Source: Eledone cirrhosa (lineage: Eukaryota). Taken from it: a stretch of DNA of 64,000 nt. The DNA lies in the NCBI GenBank assembly GCA_964016885.1, contig OZ024742.1, forward strand, positions 277,140,001-277,204,000. The letters run 5' to 3'. Position numbers and translations under genes: made by a program. Positions 1 to 11,000 of this stretch are shown one piece after another. The first letter of the stretch is position 1. The number at the start of each line of letters is the position of its first letter. Below the pieces are notes generated by a model that ran no database searches, had not been told where the DNA came from, and worked only from the letters and a program-made list of their open reading frames with translations.

Positions 1-295
1 AATTGGAATACTTACAGATGTTAAAACAGTTTATTATGCTGTAGCAAACATTAAGCCTGGTCCAGGGTATTGAATCGGCCTGGTTATTTGATGCTGGTTG
101 AGTGTCAATTTAATATGGCACAAAAACTATTCAACATCTGTTTGGGTTTAGAACATATTGCTGGAGGGCATGAAAGATATACCTTTTGAAAATCATTGAA
201 AAATAACTATAGCCTCTGTTGGGGTGCAGTGGTTACATAACCATATACCCTAATGATGTAATGAAATAGTGTTGGTGTTATTACAAAGGATGCCT

Positions 296-657
296 GTCCA
301 CCCTGTAAGGTGGTAGTGCTGGTGCTATGACAAAAAGCATCCAGGCCACCCTGTAAGGTGGAGTGTCACAGTCATGATAAAACGCTCCCAGTACACTCTG
401 TAAAGTGGTTGGTTTTAGGAAGGGCATCCAGCCATAGAAACCATGCTCTAAGTATACGCTGTAAAGTGGCAGATGTCATGCTTCCAGTACATGCTGTAAT
501 GTGGTGGTGTAAGGAAGGATATCCAGCCATAGAAACCAAGCCAAAACAAAGGTTATAAGCAGGACCTAATTACCTGATCAGTTTGACCTCAGCATATGAC
601 AGCCATCTAACCCATGCAAGCATGGAAAACAAATTTTAAACAGTGATGATGATGATG
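296..657 (+). mobile_element. SINE/retro-tail family 2 ending in catggaaaac...(gat)n, with internal ~45-bp duplications; related copies ~3720-3830(-), 8320-8620, 22950-23205, 48575-48745
   Basis: Recurrent ctgtaaagtggttgg..ttaggaagggcatccagccatagaaacc...aacccatgc.agcatggaaaac...gatgatgat. Confidence 0.75.
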
Positions 658-873
658 AATTTCAGCCATGGCATGGTTATTAATTATTATAATTTATTGA
701 TATCCGAAGGAAGAAATTCAATTACAAATTTTGGGGAAAGGGTATAGTTGAGTATAATTTTGGTATTTAGCTCATCAACCTGAGAGATGAAATGTAAATT
801 GAACCTGTAAAGGAATTTTGTCTGATTTTCTATTGATTCCACTCAGCTCATAACTTATTTTTTTCTCCTCCAG

Positions 874-1052
874 ATGCAATTTATGTTGTTATTTAGTCGT
901 CAAGGGAAACTAAGACTGCAGAAATGGTATGTGGCTCATCCAGACAAAGTAAAGAAGAAGATTACCCGGGAGCTTGTTACTTTGGTTCTTGCCAGAAAAC
1001 CAAAAATGTGCAGCTTTCTGGAGTGGAAGGATTTGAAAATAGTTTATAAAAG
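874..1052 (+). CDS. AP1S2: AP-1 sigma first visible coding exon (179 nt)
   Basis: Polypyrimidine tract plus cag at 871-873 directly before ATG; ends AAA AG|gtatgt. An upstream exon (5'UTR, possibly contributing one Met as in vertebrate AP1S genes) probably lies before the window. Confidence 0.96.
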
Positions 1053-4000
1053 GTATGTATATCTGTTTGTTCACTATTGAAACCTTTGTTGGGTGGGAGC
1101 AGTATGACATTTTCTGAAACAATGAGGTTACTTCTGTATAGTTGCTTGGCCAAATCTCCATCATAACACATCTTATGGAAGGATAGACACATTTATATAG
1201 AAAAGGTCAGTCTCAATACATACATGCTACAATAGACTACATTATCTAATGTTCACTTCCTTTTTTGAAATCAATAACTCCTGATGTAGTTGTAGGGGCA
1301 CTATATTGACATAAGGTGTTTTGGGGGCATTTTTAAGCCTGTGTGGAGCCCATCCCTCTTCAGGTCTGAGTACACCAGATTTCTTCCACAGCAGGATAGA
1401 GATATAGTGGAAGTATCGACCCCAGTATTAGACTGGTACTTTTTTATTGACCTCGAAAGGATGAAAGGTAAAGTTGACATCAGTGGGATTTGAACTCAGA
1501 GAGCTGGAATGGGTACAACAAAGCATTTTATCTGACATTCTAACGACTCTGCCAATTTATCACCTAGACATATTGAATAATGTAATCTAAAGGAAAGGTC
1601 AAATGAACATAATAAAAACATTTTTAATAGTCTGTTTCATCAGGACTGACTTTGGACTAAACAACATATTGTTCGCAGGGCGGTGGATTCTATGTGGCTA
1701 CTCAACTTGCTAGAAATAGCAAGTAAATCTTCAAATCACAACCTACTGATTTCAAAAAAAGAAGTGCACATTAGATAATGTAGTCTATTGCAGCATACAT
1801 GTATTGGGACTGACCTTTTCCATATAAACTTCCTAAATGCTGTTCTTTCCATGTATCTGAAGTCAATTCTACACAAACCTCTCACATTATTTCACATGGT
1901 TTCATTACCCACCATTTATGCACACCATGAATGTACACCTTCTATGAATTGGAATCTTATAGTTTCCCAATGAAGATTTCATTTTCTTGATGAGACAATG
2001 AAACAGAACAAAACAAATGTCTTGAGGAAGCAAAATATAACACTACACTATTCCATTTATTCACAACTGAAAAACTTCGCCCACTTATTCCTGGGAGGGT
2101 TGTGAGGGCTCAGTCCTGTTAGATTCAACTGTCTCCAATTGATCTGGCTGGATCCCTGAGTGAGTCGAGAACTGTGATCTTTTAATTCGGAGAATTAGTG
2201 GCTCAACTTGGAATGACTCGCTGATCTCTAAGCTATGTACTCTATGAGTAACATTACTCCAAAGACCCTTTGGAAATTTGGGTGCTAATTCTAGCAGGCT
2301 AAGCATTCGTACAGCAATGATGACTGTGACGAGGGTTAACAGTTCCGTGACTGAATTTCTAATTAAAATACACCCTATTACATACAATTAACAAAGAATT
2401 TTGAGGGATTTACTAAAATTATTTTTTCATTACTAAGATAGTAACTTAATGTGTGGTTCTTGTATCAAATTATGTTGGAAGAAATTTATTTAACCCTTTA
2501 GCATTTACGTTACTCTATATATACTATTATATTTTCATATTAAAGGCTTTACCTCACATAATTCATCATCATCATCATCGTTTAACGTCTATCTTCCACG
2601 CTAGCATGGGTTTAGACGGGAATAATTATCTTACAAAATATCAAATCTATGAGATTTTGATATTTCTTTTGAGAACAATACCTTAACATAAGTATGAGCA
2701 GCCGTTTATGGCCAGTTTGAACAGAAAGGGGATACGGCTGGCTACAGCTAGTTTAAATGCTAAAGTGTTAAATAGGAACTCTTTAAAATGGGTAGTTTTG
2801 GTCAAGCTGGTAACAATAGGATTAATCAATTTGAAAAAGGATACTTCAGCACCTATTATATTATGATTATATGATTTTCTCGGATTGGCAGTATCGGTAG
2901 AGGGTCAGACACCATGCTTTCCAGCATAGTTACGTCCCTTTACGATCTGAGTTCAAATCCCGCCGAGGTTGACTTTGCCTTTCATCCTTACGAGGTCGAT
3001 AAAATAAAGTACCAGTAATGCACTGGAATAATTGATGGCCTTGTGCCAAAAGTAGAAACAATTATATGATTTTCTCACTTTGCCACTTTCTTTTCAGGTA
3101 TGCTAGCCTCTACTTCTGTTGTGCTATCGAACCAGCTGACAATGAGTTATTAACACTTGAAATCATACACAGATATGTTGAATTGCTTGATAAATACTTT
3201 GGCAGCGTGAGTATTGTTTGACTTGATCACTTTATACATACACAAACACATATATCCAGTCACTGACACACCCACATACACACCCATACACACATATATG
3301 TACATACACAATATTTATGGTTATTTATTTATACAAAATGTGAGTGCCCAATACCTACTTGAGGGGAAAATGTATAGTGTTTGATAATACATCCACATGT
3401 ATGTTAACTAGTGCTTAACCCTTTTCCAGCTGCCAGAATTTGGAATGTGAATTTTTTTTTCTTTGTTTTTACATGAGAACAACAGTGTGTTCCTGTTGGG
3501 TGCAAAATGTGTGAAACCTAGATATTATATTGCTCTCCAGTTACTCTCTCTCTCTCACACACACTTTGATGTGTCAGTTTATTAAAAACTCTCAATGTTT
3601 CTTGTTTGTGATAATTTCTTACCTATGTTTTGTTTTTACTTGGTAATAAATTTGTCCCTGTTTATATGTAGTATTATTGAAGACAGTGTACAAGAACCCT
3701 TCAAATATCGATGTTTCATACATCATCATAGTCAGTTTAACATCTGTTTTCCCATGGTGGCATGAGTTGGATGAGATTTTCAAAGAGAGAGTTCTATGGT
3801 TAGATGTCCTTCCTAATGCCAGCATCATTTTGTTTTTTGTATAGTGCAGATCTTGGCACGTGTAACTGCTGAGCAGTAGGATCTATGTTGATTTACGCAG
3901 AAGACAAACAACTATCACAGCCCGCAATGTCAAATGTGAAAAGATTCTCTCTCTTTCTCTCACACATACATATACACACACGTTTACTCTCTCTCCATCT

Positions 4001-7000
4001 TTCTGTGTGTCCTTAGTTTCAGTCTACCAAATTCATTCATAAGACATTGAACAGTCCAAGACTATAATAGTATGAGACACTTGCCCAAGGTTCCACACTG
4101 TGGGATAGGACCCTTGACCATGTGGTTGTGAAACATTTCTTAACCACACAGCCATTTTTACATCAATAGTTATCTTATTGGATTTATAATAGAATAGAAT
4201 CAGTAGTGCCAGACTGAAGTCAATTAAATTGATTACCATACACCTTCTCACAAAATTTGGGCCTATGTTAGAAATGTTTTATTTCTTATGTTTTGGAAAT
4301 CACTACAATGCAGCCAGTGTTGAAAATATTGAGGTAACAAAATCTGATGAGGAAAGAGAAAGGCAAGAGTGAATGCAAAGAAGGGAAGATAAAGGAAGAA
4401 TAACAAAAAAAAACCAGATTGTTACCTTGGTAATACTTATTAATCCTAATATATTTTGGATACACTATCCATTTTAAAGCAATCTGTTGGGAACCTTGGA
4501 GATTACTGGAAAGGACCTTTATTGGCCTGTGTAGCGCTTGTGTTGAAGTTATAACTTTTTACAAATTATCTTTCTTTTTGATTGTTTATGCGCATCACTA
4601 AACTAAAGTCTTATTTTATCATTCCTGGCAGGTATGTGAACTCGATATAATTTTTAATTTCGAAAAAGCTTACTTCATGCTTGACGAATTAATGCTTGGC
4701 GGTGAAGTGCAGGAAACCAGCAAGAAAAATGTGTTGAAGGCCATTGCTGCACAGGACCTATTGCAAGAGGTAAGAACAGCATTCTCATTATACAGACTTC
4801 ACCAATACAATCACCACTAGTTTTACTATTACCAACTCCACCCATTACACACTCCAATACTACAATTACCATCATTATCTGTGCCCATGTGTTTATTTGT
4901 CAGTCTGCCTCTTTCTCTAATCACCACCACTAATTTCACAGTTATCTGTGTGTCTTTTGTCATTGTCCAATGAGGGAAAGCTTACTGCTTTAGAAGGGTG
5001 GAGGCAATTAATGAAAATGGGATCTGCCTGCCTATTTGTTTGACTTAGTCTATCACACACACACCATATTCATGTGCATAAGCAGACGCAGTTGCACATC
5101 ACATTCACACACCATATTCTTGTGCATAAGCACACAGTTGCACACTACACTCACACATGACACTTATACAGTCACTTGCACATTTCATTCACACTTAAAC
5201 ATTACTCTCACTTGATATTTCACTCACACTTGCAAATTATATTCATCCTTTATTAAAATACTTGTTTCCTTCCCCATTTTTTGTTTCTTTTCTCATACAA
5301 CATTTTCATAATTAAAGCACACATTACACAATTATTCTCACTATATATATTTTTATAGCAAAATTTAGAAATACTCCTGTGGGGTATATATATTTATATT
5401 ATATATTTTGGTTGAAGTATTTTAATATTTTGTATATATGTGTATACTCCAATCATGTAATTTATTTGGCAGTAATAAAATTTGAATACGGAATTAAAAA
5501 AAAAAAATGTTTACTAATATATCTAATTAACTAGAATTGTTGTTGAGGACTTGAAGTACTTGGTTATGATAGGGATCCTTAACAACTAAAGTACTCAGTT
5601 AACTGAAGACAGAACTACCAATAACTGAAGTATTTCACTACAACTGAAACTCTTGATGTCTAGAGTTTACAGTTATAGTTAGACAATTCCTCAATGGCTG
5701 GAGTACCCATCTATAACAGAAATATTTGGCGAGAATATCCAGTTATAGCTGGAACTCCTCATGATCAGAGTATTCAGGAATGTTGTAAAAATCTTGTAGT
5801 TGTTGTACATAAACAATTATATTTGAAAAGAAATCCTGACCCTCGCTACATCAGTCTCAGGCCATATTTCTGATTAGTAATGATAATATTAATTATATTT
5901 TCTCATTTTCATTTTAACATTTTCCTCCTGAATGTGTCATTTCAGTTGGGAGCTTCAGTTGTCAAAGATATTTCAGGTAGTTGTATGATCTTGTACTACT
6001 GAACAGGTGTACCAAGAAGCGAAGCTAAAATTCTCAACTTAGTTTAGATGTATGTATCAGTAAATGGCAGAAATTTGATCAGCTCTCTTCCTGCAATAAG
6101 AACATATCTCAACTCTCTTTCTAATCTGACGTCATTACTCTTAGTGGCTTCTGCATTCACAACTCTTGCTAGGTTTTACTCTGCACTTATACTAGCACAG
6201 CTATTATACGGGTGAAAGCAGTCTATACCAGCTAAATTCCTTGCTCAGTTACACCCCGAACTCTTCAAAAACTTTTTACCTTTCTCTTATTTGACATTCC
6301 AGTTTTTGCAGCTATAAGATCTTATGATTCTTGCTCAAGTTCCATCTATCCTTTTGTCATTGAAGTCAGATAATTAGTTGAGCCTCCATCCATTCCATGT
6401 CAACTACTTATGACAGCAAATATAGTGTCGAAAATAGTTGAGTGGTAGATAAGGAATATTATTCATGGAACTGGAATATTTCTAAATTTCTTGATTCAGT
6501 TAAAGTAATATGTGTGAGAGGATTTGTATACTGAAAAGTTAGCTCAAGATTTTCTCTAGATGATATTCTATAGATACTTTATTTGAAGAAGGTTGGAAAA
6601 ACCAGCTTTCAATGAAATAGGGTAGACAACATAAATCCAGATTCAATGACTGACAGTTTATGTTCCATTTGTTCTGCCTGTGGTTATTCGTACACTTTTC
6701 CCATAGACTATAGAGACATGTACATCAACAAAAATACTTGAGTCTTAGTTGCCATATTCCTTGATCCTTAAGACACAACCATGAGGATGATGGTTAAATT
6801 TTGACATAGTCTTTTTAGATAGGGTGGGCTAATGTTGATCTGAATCATCATGACTATAGTAGGAAATAAATACTAGAAAGATATGTTTGCAAGCTGTTAG
6901 AAGAATGAGTAACTAACATTTCAGATAGTGTACTTCAAAGAATTTACTTTTCTGGCAAAGGAGTGCTGTCTGAAATGTTAGTAACTCCCTCTTATATTCT

Positions 7001-7738
7001 TCTTGTATTTTTTGAAATTAGGTTTTAATTCAGTTTTAGTCAGTGGGGTCTGTTTTCGTACTATTTAAAGTTGAAGCATGATCTTTTCGGGTTTGTAGTG
7101 TATTGAACTTGATTCAATCAACTAACTACATCACTCCTCTACAAATTTGTGATCTTGTGCCAAAGTTAAAAATCAATATCAAGAATTAATGGCTGTAGTA
7201 GTTTAGCTATATCTTGTCAGTAGAGCAGTTTTTAATATTTAGACTTGTGGATGCATTACACAAATCAGGGTCAGACAATGATTTTCAAGATAACTGTATT
7301 CCATGATTGTGATGGAGGCTAAATATCCAAAACTTAGTACTTTAATCATTGAATGTGTTGGAGGAGGTGGTGTATTAGATATATAGAACTTAAAAAAAAT
7401 ATATGTATAATTTTATTCTAGGTAGTTTTTCTAGAGCAGTGGTTCCCAAAGTAGGTTCTGCAAAGGAGTGCTTGAAGTTCTGTGTAAAATATAGAAGAGT
7501 ATATTTATATTATGACTATATAACAGTATTGGATTTTGGGGTTCCACCAAAAGTTTCTGAACCAATCAAAAAATTTAGGAAACCCAGTCTAGAGTTAACA
7601 ACCAGAACATATCTGATAATCTGATTTGAAGGATCTTCTCCTGCATATATTTAAGCATAATTTTCTGGAAAGCTGGGCAGGTAACTTTGCTTTTAGCAAA
7701 ACTTATTGAAAATCGGCATCCATTTGAAAGAGTTCCTC

Positions 7739-7773
<35 letters not shown>

Positions 7774-7986
7774 GCAAAAAGTAAATGGAAATAACAAAGC
7801 AATCAATACAGTGCAATGGAGAAATGTATTAGTTTAATGCTTGATGTAGTAGGAAAAGAGTCTTAACATTTCAGACAATAGTCTTTCATCAGAAGATAGA
7901 ATGAGAAAGGAAATAAATAGAAACAGAGTGAGAAGAGGAAGAAACGAAAAAAATTCTTTTTTGAGAAAAACCATGTGTGTGTTCAG

Positions 7987-8053
<67 letters not shown>

Positions 8054-11000
8054 TCTCTTTTACTATTGTCCCTCTCTGTTACTATCTGTCTCTTTCTTCA
8101 CTGTCTTTTTCTCTTACTATCAAATATGTAGCATCCATTACTGTCTCTCAATCATTACTCCTCTAGGTATTAGAAGCAAGAGTATGATGGAAGAAACACT
8201 CATGTTGGTTTTTCTTCTGTCATTGTTCCCTCTTCTATTCATTCTCTTGGTCATGTTGCATTGAATGAATGGAAGCAGTATTAAGCAGTATCGCAAAATT
8301 CAAAGCAACCTCATTAGCGCTTGTGTCAATAAAATACATCCAGTACACTCTCTAAAGTTGGAGAACGAGTGAAGACAGCATAGCGTTGAATGGACTCTTT
8401 AGTCCTGCTGGGGACATAACATCTCTTGTGCTGGTGCCACAATAAATTACACCTTGTACATCCTGTAAAATGGTTGATGTTAGAAAGGGCATCTAGGCAT
8501 TGAAACCATGCCAAAAATGGGACATACAAGACATGGTCCTCCAACCTGTTTCAAAGGGTAGTAACTCCAAATAACTGATCCAGACCATATTGTCCAACCC
8601 ATGGAAGCATGGAATGTTGGTGTATATATATATATGTATATATATATATAATGTGTGTGTGTAGTGAGAATAATTGCGTAAAGTACATTTTTGCTTTCTC
8701 TCCCCAAACTATTTAAACAGTTTAAGTAGGGTATTTTTGTTTCTTATTTCCCCACCTTCACCTGTTAACTTTCCATAATTTCATAAGTTTGGTGAAAAGA
8801 ATTATTTCAATAATTAAGACCTGTATCTAATAAGTATCATATGATTAAAAAAAAAATCTTAATATTGATTCATTATCATTGCTTTTTAATATTTTTGTAC
8901 ATAATCTAACAGCTTTTTAATTTTATTTTAAAATATATTTCATTAAAAAGACTAAAACAAAAAAATCTTCTTATTGGCTTTTTGCTTTCAGTTTAATTTT
9001 TCAATTATAATTTATTTTTTGATAATTTTATATTTTTTATTGAATTATTTTGTTTCTGTCCCTTTATATATATATTGTCAGTCTATGGAATGTATATTTG
9101 TCTGGGGCATCATACATTGCTTTCTTTTGCTTTTTGAAGTTTTGTTGTTCAGCAAAAAAAAAAAAAAAAAAAAAAAATAATAATAATAAAAAATAAAAAA
9201 AATAGCCCAAAAGAGGGTGTGGCATGATAATAATTTTTAGCTTTTGTTTGCTGCTTATTGCATCTAATTTAAATATTTTTGCTTGGTTGCTTGGTAACAA
9301 TTTTTTTTTTGTTTTATTTAATGGCTTAACATTTTAGGTATTTCTCTACATGTGAAAAAAAAAATTGGTTGATGAAAGATATAAGTACAAAATGTTTATT
9401 TCTGCACACTTGTCTCACAAATTCTCTAGGTGCATGTCTGTGTATAATTTAAAACATTAGCTTCATTTGTAAAATTGCTTTTTGTTTCAGATATTATTGT
9501 TATTCTTATTATACAAGATGATGAGGTCAAACATTTGAATTCTGGATTGTCTTGCAACATTTAGTTACATCTCTTTATATTCTTAGTTTAAATACACTGA
9601 GGTTGAAAATAAATACATGAGATCTCTTGACATTTAAGTTAAATTAATTTTGCTCCTACCAAACAAATTCCTTACCTTGTGCCCTAACATGACCACAGCA
9701 CATTGGATGGAATAGAGAAACGAATATTACTTCAGAGGACAGTCTTGTACTCTGTCATTTAATGCCTCATAAATCTTGGATACGCTTTAGCCAAATGAGC
9801 CTCTAGGCACAAGACAAACTAACAGTTAAGCTTAATGCCTCATGAATTCAAGATACACATCAGCCTGATGAGCCTCCAGGTTCAAGATAAACTAACAGTC
9901 AAGCTTAACGCCTCATGAATCTGGAATATACTCGAACCTAATCAGACTAAAGTGAATCATTGAAAGAATAGTTAACTGTTCAAATGTTTAAATAAGTCCA
10001 CACTCTAAGCACAGATTAGCTACTGCTGAATTTTTATCTTTATAGAATCACAAGTGTCAACATTTAGCTTCAATTCTCATAGTATTAACTAGGTGACAGG
10101 AATTTTCTCCTGGCTTGTCTTTTGGTAAGAATTACAACCCAATTCCATTGTATACCCACCACTCATGCCAGTGAACTATACAACTTACCATCTGATTACA
10201 GTGAGGTGGACTGAGTCATTGTACAAGTAATAAGATATGAACAGTCAGTACTTCGGCTACTTGTCCTGTACCATAGTCAAACTTTCACAGCAAAGTTTTT
10301 AATTGCTTGACTCAGTATTGTAATATTTATTTTTTTTGTTTCAAAGATAGGGAAGATTAAATTAACTTTTAGTTGGCTTCAAACTCTGTAAATCAATGAA
10401 CACAAAAAATCATTCTGTCTTGTATGGCACTATAACAAGAGTTTAACCTGTTCTATATCTTAAACCAATTTCTCTAATCCCTGCTTAAACCCAAAATTAA
10501 TCTAGTGACAGTCATAAGTCTTCTTACCTAACCTGTATTTTAACTATTTCTGGCTATCAACTGGACTCACCTAAATCTTCCATTGTAACAATTGCCACAG
10601 TCTTATTTTTTTTTTCTTGAAGTTCTATTCATATTACATGACTTGAAGACACCAAACTTACTTTCATCCCCACTACAAATACTAGGCCTCTCAATTTCTG
10701 ATCTTTCATGGTGTGCAAACAGCTTCCAAAAGGCCAGGAAGTACATCAGCACTGGATAGTTGCTGAGCTTCTATCAGGTGTAAATGCAACTCACAATAAA
10801 GTACTGCACAGATACTTGAAACAAAACAATTACTACTCATATCTTCTAGATAGCATTTCCAAAAACGTTATTCAGTCTCACTTGTCTTCAGACCCCAGAC
10901 TAAATACTTCAACCACAAATGAGGGGAACCTCTTTGTGGTTGGCAACAAGTGAACTCCTATGTTGTTGTTTGATCTGCTAGAAATAGCAGCCAAATCTCC

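Noticed and set aside
874-1080. 68-aa single-exon ORF as the full product
   Set aside because: It reads through the donor at 1053; the tail YVYLFVHY is intronic and the real frame continues at 3098.
2882-3060. tRNA genes at GTTCAAATC motifs
   Set aside because: A/B boxes are followed by SINE core and tail with TSDs; no cloverleaf or acceptor stem.
6100-6830. Additional very old LINE fragments (also ~10380-10700 and ~50430-50800)
   Set aside because: Composition is suggestive, but motifs are too degraded to support a call by eye.
7901-8264. ORFs with (YI)n runs, and similar poly-L/S/HT ORFs elsewhere (e.g. 58195-58515, 59499-59879)
   Set aside because: Translations of TA, CA, CT and CTA microsatellites.
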